Below the pieces are notes generated by a model. It was not told the DNA's origin. It saw only the letters and a program-made list of their open reading frames with translations, and did not search any database. The position numbers and the translations under genes were made by a program. Positions 15,679-23,868 of a stretch of DNA of 25,241 nt are shown one piece after another. This stretch comes from a virus. Its lineage: Duplodnaviria > Caudoviricetes. Location of the stretch: positions 1 to 25,241 of IMG/VR virus record IMGVR_UViG_3300020043_002208. One strand, written 5' to 3'. Position 1 is the first letter of the stretch. Each line of letters starts with the position of its first letter.

Positions 15679-16422
15679 TTACGCACCCGTTTCGTCTTTT
15701 AGCTTGAGTGATTCTACGTTCCAAACCCTGCGCTGCCTACCCTCTGAATCTCCGCCAAACAGCGGCCCACCCGCATCAGTACGCAATGCTTGCGCTAATG
15801 CTGAGGAACCTGGGCCAGGAGTTTGAGGAGCCTCGCCTGTAGTTGTTGCCGGGCTAGAAACATCTCGCGATCCTGATGGCCCTACATACTGTGTTGATGG
15901 CCCAGCCAATAATTTACTGATGCCGTACTGCGTTGCTTGCTTACCAGCTTGGCTGGCATAGTCACCTTTTTCTGTCGATCCCCAAGCAAAATCAGACAGT
16001 CCTCCAGCAATGCCGGCGGTTCCTGCCTGTTTCAGTGCTTGGGAAATATCACTTCCAGTACCAAGAGCGCCAGCAAGCCTGCCGCCAGCCGAGGACAATC
16101 CCTTAGATAGCGACCTTGCAGTTTCTCTTGAAACCCCTGGCAATGCCGTTTGAATGGCAGACGGTTCCGGTATCTGTGGCCCGAACTCACCAACAGAGCC
16201 AGTTGCCCCTAATGCTCCGCTAATTGCGCTTCCTACGCCACCAGAAATTGCCCCGCCAAGAATTCCTCTTTCGACATCGCCGCCGGTTGCAGCAGCACCC
16301 AAGCCTCCGCCGATTGCGCCAGTGATTGTTGCACCAAGAATCTGAGAACCAACAGCGGCTACTACTGCCTCACCAATGGCGTAGTCAACAACAACGGCGG
16401 CTACTACTGGGGCGGCTGGCAT
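15679..16422 (-). CDS. Probable ejection / pilot protein, Gly/Ala-rich (247 aa)
   Basis: Hydrophobic N-terminus with GxxxG glycine-zipper repeats; first gene of the ejection cluster. Confidence 0.6.
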   Translation of the reverse strand: MPAAPVVAAVVVDYAIGEAVVAAVGSQILGATITGAIGGGLGAAATGGDVERGILGGAISGGVGSAISGALGATGSVGEFGPQIPEPSAIQTALPGVSRETARSLSKGLSSAGGRLAGALGTGSDISQALKQAGTAGIAGGLSDFAWGSTEKGDYASQAGKQATQYGISKLLAGPSTQYVGPSGSRDVSSPATTTGEAPQTPGPGSSALAQALRTDAGGPLFGGDSEGRQRRVWNVESLKLKDETGA

Positions 16423-16820
16423 TACAGTTCCAATTCAAACTGATAAGCAGGCTTCATCTCTTTGCCTTCTTTACGAACCGTTTGCGTTACTTTGACAGGT
16501 AAACCGGACATTTTTGCAATCTTGGCGTACCCAGGATCAGACGAATAACTGACCGCTTTTTTGAACCCTTGCTGTTTAAGCATCTTTGCCAGTTCAACAT
16601 AGTTTCGTACTAACTGCGTTGGTTTTTCAGCAGAAAACGTATGTACTTCTATTGTTCCTGTTTGATCCGGCTTGGCAAGAAATGCACTGTTGCCAATTTG
16701 AATCAGCTTATATCCCTGATTTTTCAACATAAAATTTATGCCATTGAGAAACTGACCTTCTGACACACCCTGTGGCAGCTTCCCTTGCATAGACTTCTGA
16801 ATAATCTCGACTGAATTCAT
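16422..16820 (-). CDS. Hypothetical protein, possibly GNAT-like fold (T7 gp13 / P22 gp14 position)
   Basis: Likely start ATG 16820 (ATGA overlap); IEVHTFS...LAKMLK..GFKKAVS alpha/beta pattern; lies just before the ejection genes. Confidence 0.55.
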   Translation of the reverse strand: MNSVEIIQKSMQGKLPQGVSEGQFLNGINFMLKNQGYKLIQIGNSAFLAKPDQTGTIEVHTFSAEKPTQLVRNYVELAKMLKQQGFKKAVSYSSDPGYAKIAKMSGLPVKVTQTVRKEGKEMKPAYQFELEL

Positions 16821-17158
16821 GTCAACCCCAACGATGCTGCAATCTGTTCGTGGATATACAAATGAGAAGCAATCCAATCATAGAATTCTTCTTCTTTGTT
16901 CCAATCTACATCTAGCAAGTTGAATGGGTTGTTCAAACCCAAATAGCCTGCGAATGCCTGATGCTCAACCTGATGCGCTTGCAGCCAATCGTCTAGGTTG
17001 TCGATGTTTGCGTCAATCAGCGGGTACACCGGAACCGGAATACCTTGATCCATGAACGTCTGCTGAAACAATTTGTGCTGCAACCCGTTCTCAAATAGAA
17101 ATTCGCCAAGGCTGTCCTTGTCACCGAACTTCACGATTGATAGGGTTTCCATGTCCAT
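16817..17158 (-). CDS. His-motif helical hypothetical protein
   Basis: FLFENGLQH, WLQAHQVEH, WIASHLYIH; coupled at both ends. Confidence 0.75.
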   Translation of the reverse strand: MDMETLSIVKFGDKDSLGEFLFENGLQHKLFQQTFMDQGIPVPVYPLIDANIDNLDDWLQAHQVEHQAFAGYLGLNNPFNLLDVDWNKEEEFYDWIASHLYIHEQIAASLGLT

Positions 17159-17805
17159 TAGACACCGTAGTACGGAATCTTCTTGCTAGTGCCGTTAATC
17201 AAGATCGTGATGTAGCCTTCTGGAACCAAAGGCAAGCTGCTAGTTGCAAACGTGGCATTGGCATCGGTCGTTGCGGAAATGTTGGCGTTCGCCAGCGTCA
17301 GGTTGCCCACCGAGGTAGTCGTGCCACCTAGAGTTAGGACAGTATTGCCAAGGGTGATGTTTGACCCTGTTACCTGCGCCGCCGTGACGCTGATCGTCGC
17401 GTTCGCCGCCGCCGTAAGCCGCCCCTGCGCGTCAACAGTGAAAGTTCCAACGGTACTTGCATTGCCATAAACTCCCGCTGTTACTGTTGTATTTGCCAGA
17501 TTGACTGTGCCGGTAGTGGTGATTGGCCCACCCGTCAGACCTACGCCAGTTGCTACGTTTGTGACTGTGCCATTGCCATCAAATTGAATGGCAACACTGA
17601 CGGCATTGGTTACTCGGCCTTGTGCGTCAACAGTGACCTGAGATACGGTTGTTGCATTGCCGTATACGCCAGCAGTAACGGCGGTATTTGCAAGGCTGAT
17701 CGTGCCATTGACCGTGATCGGGCCACCCGTCAACCCCGTGCCAGTATCGACCTGGGTTACTGTCCCGCTACCGCCGCCTGCGCCCCCGCCTGCTACCTTA
17801 AGCAT
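17158..17805 (-). CDS. Tail-fibre-like protein with two repeats at 65-aa period
   Basis: GTVT.V.TG.GLTGGPIT..GT..LANT.VTAGVYGNA.TV...TVDAQGR.T.A twice; T/G/A/V-rich; GAGGTG RBS. Confidence 0.75.
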   Translation of the reverse strand: MLKVAGGGAGGGSGTVTQVDTGTGLTGGPITVNGTISLANTAVTAGVYGNATTVSQVTVDAQGRVTNAVSVAIQFDGNGTVTNVATGVGLTGGPITTTGTVNLANTTVTAGVYGNASTVGTFTVDAQGRLTAAANATISVTAAQVTGSNITLGNTVLTLGGTTTSVGNLTLANANISATTDANATFATSSLPLVPEGYITILINGTSKKIPYYGV

Positions 17806-17806
17806 T

Positions 17807-18262
17807 TCACACCTCTACAGGATTATGTATCTCGTTGTGATGCGTTGCACACAACCAAGTTACCGCCAATCTCATGTCTCTTGCGTATGAAGAATGATGA
17901 GCCATTGATTCTTTTGATCCGCACATAAAACATGGTTCTTTCACTAATTTCCCAGTTTTCAAAGCGTACTTCACAGCATTTTTTGCAGACTCTCTTGCCT
18001 TGCCTTGTAAAGTTTTAAATTTGTTCTGGTAATACTTTTTTGCAGTCAACCTGCCTTTTTCTGTTGCGTCATAACGTTTTTGTCTTTGCTGTTTTTTTCC
18101 AGACAACCTAGCGTTAATTGCTTCTTTTTTTCTTGCAGCCTTACCGCGTTCTGAATTTCTGTATTCTTTGTTTTTTTCATAACAACATGACTTGCACTTT
18201 CTGTAACCTTTGTAATACTCAACTTCACTTTTTTCTACGCCACACAAAGAACAGGTTTTCAT
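17807..18262 (-). CDS. Free-standing HNH-type endonuclease with N-terminal zinc finger
   Basis: CSLC...CKSC, basic linker, PCFMCG....AHH.SY.....VTWLC..HHNEIH; AT-rich; sits inside the tail cluster. Confidence 0.8.
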   Translation of the reverse strand: MKTCSLCGVEKSEVEYYKGYRKCKSCCYEKNKEYRNSERGKAARKKEAINARLSGKKQQRQKRYDATEKGRLTAKKYYQNKFKTLQGKARESAKNAVKYALKTGKLVKEPCFMCGSKESMAHHSSYARDMRLAVTWLCATHHNEIHNPVEV

Positions 18263-18264
18263 AA

Positions 18265-18295
18265 AGCCTCCTTGTAAGAAGGCTAAAGAATACCA
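18265..18295 (-). promoter_or_regulatory. RBS-sequestering hairpin with adjacent candidate extended -10 element
   Basis: The - strand reads TGgTATTCT-tt-AGCCTTCT-TACA-AGGAGGCT-tt-ATG; the 8-bp stem (one G-U) buries AGGAGG; no -35 match. Confidence 0.6.
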
Positions 18296-18314
18296 TATTT
18301 ACTCCCATGACGGC

Positions 18315-18644
18315 CTATAAACCATCTCCCGGCGTGACGTAGATCGTAGCCGTGCCGGTAGAGGTAACGCCAGTGAAGTAGGCGTTTGGCACAAAGGTGA
18401 GAATCTCATCAGTTGATGGCAACAGCGGGAATGATTGTCCAGTGGTCGTGACGATTGCCGCTGCATTGTTTGCATCCGCAGCAGTCGAACCGTAGCCTAG
18501 AAATACTGTGACCGTGCCAGTGTTGATGACACGGTACTGATTGCCGCCCAGGGTGCTGGACAAGCACTGCACGGCAGTCGGAGCCGCTACGTTGGCAACA
18601 AACGCTACGGTGTTGCCCGTCTTAGTGAACGCATTAAGCCCCAT
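18315..18644 (-). CDS. Beta-rich probable virion protein; paralogue of 9393..9737
   Basis: Likely start ATG 18644 (MGLNAFTKTG) with GGAG upstream; ends IYVTPGDGL. Confidence 0.75.
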   Translation of the reverse strand: MGLNAFTKTGNTVAFVANVAAPTAVQCLSSTLGGNQYRVINTGTVTVFLGYGSTAADANNAAAIVTTTGQSFPLLPSTDEILTFVPNAYFTGVTSTGTATIYVTPGDGL

Positions 18645-18831
18645 TAATCTTCTCCATGATTTCGTCAATCGTTTCCTGGACTTCCCACGAATTGCCGTTC
18701 ATGCCGAACGCCACAGTGACCTTTACATCATCCACCGTGTTCTCAAAAAACGACATCATCGCCTCGGTGTTCAGGATCAATCCTTCACCGATACGGCCTT
18801 TGGTAGCGTTGGTCAGACGGATCAGCTTCAT
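18634..18831 (-). CDS. Small FlbD-like protein
   Basis: I.LT......LILN.E.M..F.........V....NG..W.V.ETIDEIMEKI resembles the FlbD-family pattern; ATGA-coupled. Confidence 0.55.
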   Translation of the reverse strand: MKLIRLTNATKGRIGEGLILNTEAMMSFFENTVDDVKVTVAFGMNGNSWEVQETIDEIMEKINGA

Positions 18832-19187
18832 GCTTGTTCAACCCATGAAGTCGTGGCTTCGTCCCACGAATACCGCTTGTCATCAGTCGGCATAGGCACT
18901 GGCGCATTCCATAGGCAAGTGTCCTCATCCAGCACCCAGGACGGAAACGGCTTGGGCGAAATGAAAGCATCGCGCTGCGCGTCATAGGTGTAGCCGATGC
19001 CAGCGTAGTTCTTGCGAAATGGCGTACCGCCCAGGGCGTGAACACCGCCGTGGGTGTTGTAGCTGGTCTGCTTGTAGACATCGCCAGTACGGGCCGTCAG
19101 TTCGTCCTCTTTGCCGTTGTCCTCATCCCTGCCGACAGTGACAAACACCACGATATTGTTTTCATCAAGTTTTGCAAAATGTGCCAT
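18828..19187 (-). CDS. Tail-associated protein, probable fibre assembly chaperone
   Basis: MAHFAKLDENNIV..V.V, YKQTSYN, FRKNYAGIGYTYD...DAFI.PKPFPSW.L.E.TC.W.AP.P.P...Y.WDE; follows the Gly-rich tail gene. Confidence 0.65.
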   Translation of the reverse strand: MAHFAKLDENNIVVFVTVGRDEDNGKEDELTARTGDVYKQTSYNTHGGVHALGGTPFRKNYAGIGYTYDAQRDAFISPKPFPSWVLDEDTCLWNAPVPMPTDDKRYSWDEATTSWVEQA

Positions 19188-19195
19188 GATTTTTC

Positions 19196-19993
19196 CTATG
19201 CAAACGAAACGGTTTCTGATCCAGTTGATGTTGCGGTCACAGTATAAATCTTGTAACCGCCGCCAGTAGTAGAGGTTTGCGTCACGCCACCGGAGAATGT
19301 TGCGGTATATGTGTCAGGAATCTTGATGATGACAATGCCTGAACCGCCATTCCCACCTCTAGTTCCACCGCCGCCGTTGCATTCGCCGCCACCGCCATCA
19401 CCCGTATTGGGAGATGCGTCTGCTCCTTGTGCTGCGCTAACATTGTTCCCGCCAACGCCGCCAGTGCTATATGTAATGGATGCGCCACTTATGCTTGAAG
19501 TTAATCCTGCTCCTCCAGCAGCTTTGTTGCCGGAACTTGTTGTTCCATTTGCTCCAGCGCCAGTAGCGCCACCGCCACCGCCTGCACCAAAATTAACTGA
19601 TCCAGCGCCCGTTCCACCGTTGCCGCCTTGACTGCCAACGCCAACAGAACCGCCGGTACAAGCGCCGCCACCGCAACCGCCGTTGCTTCCGGTGTTGACA
19701 TTCGATCCTGCGCCGCCCCCGCCACCAGTATTAGTTGTCGTTCTAAATACTGAGTTACTTCCATTAGCGCCATTTGCACCGCCAGCATTTACAGCGCCAG
19801 CACCGCCTGCACCAACCGTAACGGTATAACTAATTCCATAATTAAGCGATGCGCTTGTTACTGAGGACGCATACCCTGCACCGCCACCCGCACCGCGTGA
19901 GCCGCCGCCGCCGCCTCCACCCGCTACAACAAGGTAGTCGGCAGTAAGTGGAACAGCACCACCGGCTAGGAAAAAATTTTTAGCTGCAAACAT
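19196..19993 (-). CDS. Glycine-rich-domain tail protein, candidate receptor-binding tip
   Basis: Likely start ATG 19993 (MFAAKNFF); DYLVVAGGGGGG, YTVTVGAGG, GSNSVF, NTG.GGGG, GGSGIVII. Confidence 0.75.
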   Translation of the reverse strand: MFAAKNFFLAGGAVPLTADYLVVAGGGGGGGSRGAGGGAGYASSVTSASLNYGISYTVTVGAGGAGAVNAGGANGANGSNSVFRTTTNTGGGGGAGSNVNTGSNGGCGGGACTGGSVGVGSQGGNGGTGAGSVNFGAGGGGGATGAGANGTTSSGNKAAGGAGLTSSISGASITYSTGGVGGNNVSAAQGADASPNTGDGGGGECNGGGGTRGGNGGSGIVIIKIPDTYTATFSGGVTQTSTTGGGYKIYTVTATSTGSETVSFA

Positions 19994-20481
19994 TATGGTG
20001 TATATCCTTGAGCAATGCTGCCGTACCAATTTGTACCGTCAGCGATGAAGGTCAGAATGTCCATTTTGCCTGCGGTTGCGGTAATCGTCGGAGCGCCCGC
20101 AGTTCCCCACTTCACGCCCGTAAACGTCGCAGTCCCGTTGCCCGTGCTTGCAGCTTGTTTAAGCAACAGCACAAAGCTCTTACCCGCAGTCGCAGTCGGC
20201 ATCGTGAACGTGCAGGCTGTAGATGCGGTGAGCGTAGCAGTCTGAACCGTGCCGTTAGTCAGCGCGATAGTATTGGACGATGTAACAGTGCCAATCGCCA
20301 CCACACCCTCGGTGTAGTTGTTGATCTGGGTATTGGTCAGCGTGACGTTGCCAAAGCTGGTAGTCGTGTTGCCCAGGTAGACGGCAGTGTTGCCAAGCGT
20401 AATAGCCGTGGCAAAGTTTTGGTCAAGCTGTGACAGCGGAATCGCGCTAGTCGCAGTTGAAAAGATATTTGGAACAGCCAT
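19993..20481 (-). CDS. Short tail-fibre protein
   Basis: N-terminal IPLSQLDQNF; C-terminal SFVLLLKQ..TG..TATF..VKW..AGAPTIT.TAGKMDILTF..DGTNWYG. Confidence 0.7.
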   Translation of the reverse strand: MAVPNIFSTATSAIPLSQLDQNFATAITLGNTAVYLGNTTTSFGNVTLTNTQINNYTEGVVAIGTVTSSNTIALTNGTVQTATLTASTACTFTMPTATAGKSFVLLLKQAASTGNGTATFTGVKWGTAGAPTITATAGKMDILTFIADGTNWYGSIAQGYTP

Positions 20482-22457
20482 TAGAACCTCGCTCTTAGTT
20501 CGTGTTCAAACTCAAAACCATTGACTACAAATCCCGGCGTAGTGGATGTCAAGGTTTGACCTAGATATTTACCCCATTGTTCTGCATCAGTCTTAAATAG
20601 CGTATATCCAGCACCAATCCACGGAATTACGGCATTAGAACTATTTGTCCATGGAATTGTTGTGCCAACATAGTTGTACCAAGTCGCATAGTTTACAAGC
20701 GTGTAGCTTGGGCTGCTACCTACTTCGCTATCTACAGTGACGTTCAACGTGCCAGCCGTAGTCAGCGTTGCCTCAATGCCGATCTTGAGCGCCTGCTTGT
20801 CTCGGATCGGATCGCCCATAGACATCAGCGCCGTCTGAATCGTGCTGGACGTATTGGCTATGCTGTTGCCGTATAGTTTGTAGAGGGCATTGCTGTCCGT
20901 GCCGTACAGGGTAATCAGGCCACCCACCGGGACGGAAGTTACATAGTTGAGCGTGTCACCCTGGCTGGTGAAAAACCACTTTTTCTCAAAAAACACAGCC
21001 TGCACAAACCGCGAACCGCCGTAATAATTCTGCTTGAAGTTGAATGCGGCGCACAGAATGTTGTTGATTAGAACCTGCCCAGCCGTAATCGGGGAGGTGA
21101 AGTCGATGGTCGTAAACACCCCGTCCAGTGCGTCTGACAGCTTGCTGGTAGTCGAGCCAACCAGGGCGTATACCCCGTAATCGTTCAGGAACAGCACGGA
21201 ACGGAAATACGGGAAGATTGCGTCCTTGCGCTTTGAGCCAACCGAGGCGCTGACGTTGGTGTTGGTGAACAGCGTCAGGCCGGCAGTCGTGACCCGGACA
21301 TCCGAGAACACGTTGATGCTGTCATCGCCAAAGACGTATAGGAAGTTGTTGGCAGACAGAATCTGCTGAATGTTGCCGTGCAGCGTCGAGTCGGTCAGCA
21401 GGATGTTTCCAGCCGAGACACTGGTGAAATCGTTGTACGAACCGGCTGCGGAATACGCCGCCGTCCGTCCGTAAGCTACCCAGACACGCCCAGAGAACGA
21501 GGCCACGCCTACGTTGTCGTTGCTGTTGATGATCGCCTTGGCAGTCGCGTTGCTGCCACCGCCGCCAGTGATCGTTGCCGTGATGTTTGCAGCATTGGTG
21601 TAGCCAGAACCGGGGTTGTTCATCAACACCTGGGTGACTTGACCGCCGGACAGCACCGCCGTTGCCGTGGCGTTTGTCCCGCCGCCCCCGGAAATGGTCA
21701 CTACCGTGTTGGAAGCGTTGGTGTAACCGCTGCCGCCGTTGGTCACAAGTACCGTTACCGTACCTTTTTCAAAGGTCACAATGCCTGCAATGGCTGATGC
21801 GCCAGAACCACCGCCCCCGGAAAGGGTCACAGTTGGGGCTACGGTATAGCCTGTTCCAGCCTCAGAAATGGTGATTGCGGTAACTGCATTGCCTGAAATC
21901 GTGGCATTTGCCAGCGCCTGAACGCCATTGGCGTTGTTCGGGGCTGAAATGGTGACGGTTGGAACGCTGGTGTAGCCTGAACCGCCCGAAACAATGGCAA
22001 TAGAGCCAACAGAGCCAACAGCCACTAGATTCGTGCCATCCCAAGTGTAGTAGCCCTTGGACGGGTCAAGAATCAGCGCCCGTTCGTCTTTCCACTGTCC
22101 AACTTCTACGCCAGCCGCCGAGAATGTGCCGGCAACGGCTACGTTACCTTTGGCAGAATCTGTGACGTTGAAGAATTCGCACCTGCCATCATCCTCAAAC
22201 GCAAGGATGTAGTCTTTGTTATTTATCGAGCAGGAAAACAAGTTGGTGACATTGGCGGCAAAGGTGACTGCCGTGTTTCCAGCGTCATAGACCGTGCTGC
22301 GACTGTTGATGATCTTGATGTTGGCAAAGCCAATGGGTTGAGCATTCTCAATCCATGCGAATTCAGTCTCATCAATAGATGTCCGGTTGGCCTTGGTGTT
22401 GACCCCCTTGAATTCCTTGATGACCTTATATGACTTTTTTTGCTCGGCAGCAGCCAT
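20481..22457 (-). CDS. Tail nozzle / tubular protein B (P22 gp10-like) with inserted GSGYT repeats
   Basis: 658 aa beta-rich; FKGVNT N-terminus; FSGRVWVA, NNFLYVFG propeller-like blades; follows the adaptor. Confidence 0.7.
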   Translation of the reverse strand: MAAAEQKKSYKVIKEFKGVNTKANRTSIDETEFAWIENAQPIGFANIKIINSRSTVYDAGNTAVTFAANVTNLFSCSINNKDYILAFEDDGRCEFFNVTDSAKGNVAVAGTFSAAGVEVGQWKDERALILDPSKGYYTWDGTNLVAVGSVGSIAIVSGGSGYTSVPTVTISAPNNANGVQALANATISGNAVTAITISEAGTGYTVAPTVTLSGGGGSGASAIAGIVTFEKGTVTVLVTNGGSGYTNASNTVVTISGGGGTNATATAVLSGGQVTQVLMNNPGSGYTNAANITATITGGGGSNATAKAIINSNDNVGVASFSGRVWVAYGRTAAYSAAGSYNDFTSVSAGNILLTDSTLHGNIQQILSANNFLYVFGDDSINVFSDVRVTTAGLTLFTNTNVSASVGSKRKDAIFPYFRSVLFLNDYGVYALVGSTTSKLSDALDGVFTTIDFTSPITAGQVLINNILCAAFNFKQNYYGGSRFVQAVFFEKKWFFTSQGDTLNYVTSVPVGGLITLYGTDSNALYKLYGNSIANTSSTIQTALMSMGDPIRDKQALKIGIEATLTTAGTLNVTVDSEVGSSPSYTLVNYATWYNYVGTTIPWTNSSNAVIPWIGAGYTLFKTDAEQWGKYLGQTLTSTTPGFVVNGFEFEHELRARF

Positions 22458-22458
22458 A

Positions 22459-23100
22459 TCAGTACGGATTCGAATAAGGGTTGGGCATCCTTCTGGTGTA
22501 CGTTGTCGCTAGGACAGATTGTGCCTGTAGCTGATATTGCTGCTTGAAAATCTCAGCTTCGCCATAAGATTGTTCTTTGAACTTGGCCTTGTAACAGGCA
22601 TAGAACGCCACCGGGGTAGTCCACGGGTCAGGTATCTGGTCTACTTCCGTGCCGCTAACTAGCGGTGTCGGAAGGATGACCGTATCGCATTCCATGGTGT
22701 AGTTTTGATCGGGAATCGGGCCAATGTAGAGGCTGGTTGGCCCGTACATGGAGAAAGCAATGGGTTGCCCGATGTAATTCTGCCAGTAGCGCAGTTGCGC
22801 GTTGAATTGCGTCCAAGACATATAGCGCATTGGTACGCGAGTATTACCCCAATACAGATTGATGTTCAGCACATCCATGGTCTGCATTGCTTCTGGAAAA
22901 TCTGCCGAGAAGGTGTAAACCTCCTGGTTGGTCACTGCTGCAACTGTCTGGATTTTTCGCAGACAGCCGGTATCTCTGACTAAACGCTGACGAGCGTTGT
23001 TGATGTAGTCAGTCAGTTCATTGTCAGAATAGAAGTTGCCGTTTGCATCATGCAACAGCCGCCGACATTCTGTGATGTAGCCAGAAAGAGTTTGTGACAT
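22459..23100 (-). CDS. Head-tail adaptor / tail tubular protein A-like
   Basis: TL..YI...RRLL.D......SD.EL.DYIN.A, LYIGPIPD..Y, IP.PW...VAFYA.Y.A..K; size and position. Confidence 0.75.
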   Translation of the reverse strand: MSQTLSGYITECRRLLHDANGNFYSDNELTDYINNARQRLVRDTGCLRKIQTVAAVTNQEVYTFSADFPEAMQTMDVLNINLYWGNTRVPMRYMSWTQFNAQLRYWQNYIGQPIAFSMYGPTSLYIGPIPDQNYTMECDTVILPTPLVSGTEVDQIPDPWTTPVAFYACYKAKFKEQSYGEAEIFKQQYQLQAQSVLATTYTRRMPNPYSNPY

Positions 23101-23110
23101 CTGTATCCCA

Positions 23111-23449
23111 TCATGCCGTCATAGCGAGGACTTTTCCCCCTCCCCGCTTTGCAGGGGGAAGGGGTACTTGTTCCACCACCGGGGATAAAGAGTGGTCTTT
23201 TTGTGGCACACCCTCGGTGATGACAAAATTCGCCAGCCGCTTCAATCCATCAGGAATTTCATTGCTGGTCAAACAAAGTCCGAGAGAAGCCAGATACGGT
23301 TCCTTGTTATCGTTACCGTACCCGAATATGTGACGCGCTGCCTCCAGAGGAAGCTGGACAGGTTCATTCACTGGGAATGAAAGGTCTTGTCCCCTATAGT
23401 CAACGACAAGAGGTTTGAAGTTCTTGTTTGTCACATAGACGGTTGTCAT
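23111..23449 (-). CDS. Hypothetical protein in the head cluster
   Basis: Likely start ATG 23449 (MTTVYVTN), TAATG-coupled. Confidence 0.7.
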   Translation of the reverse strand: MTTVYVTNKNFKPLVVDYRGQDLSFPVNEPVQLPLEAARHIFGYGNDNKEPYLASLGLCLTSNEIPDGLKRLANFVITEGVPQKDHSLSPVVEQVPLPPAKRGGGKVLAMTA

Positions 23450-23859
23450 TACAGAGTCACCACATCGCCAAATACGGTTATATCGCAAGTACCATTGGTG
23501 ACAGCAACATTGACCTTCACATACAGCGCACCAGCGGTGTAGACCGTGGTGGCTGCTGCGGTAGACAGGGGAATGTCCTGCCAGGTCAAGTTGCTAGTCA
23601 CGCTAGAGAGAACCGTCACGTTCGACACGGCATTGGAGGCGTTTCCGTCCGAGGAGGTCAGAACCACCACGTTTGCCGTGTTGATCGTAGCGTTAGCGTT
23701 TGCAACGGTAATCTTGCGAACGATGTATCCCGTTCCCGATACGATGGGAATGGTCACAGCCGTATTGCCGGTCGCGTTGACAGAAGCGCCTTGGACTTTG
23801 CCCAGAGCGATGCCGTCGAAACGGTCGGTGTACAGAGCGCCTACATGGTTCGCAATCAT
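23449..23859 (-). CDS. Beta-rich probable capsid decoration / minor capsid protein
   Basis: AAGGAG RBS; T/V/A/N-rich; second gene after the capsid. Confidence 0.6.
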   Translation of the reverse strand: MIANHVGALYTDRFDGIALGKVQGASVNATGNTAVTIPIVSGTGYIVRKITVANANATINTANVVVLTSSDGNASNAVSNVTVLSSVTSNLTWQDIPLSTAAATTVYTAGALYVKVNVAVTNGTCDITVFGDVVTL

Positions 23860-23868
23860 GTTGGCTCC

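Noticed and set aside
17807-18314. Group I intron around the HNH gene
   Set aside because: Only about 50 nt of non-coding flank; the upstream gene ends with the same C-terminus as its paralogue and the downstream gene has its own RBS and ATG.
17158-20481. Diversity-generating retroelement acting on fibre repeats
   Set aside because: No reverse transcriptase in the window; repeat differences are mostly synonymous rather than adenine-specific.
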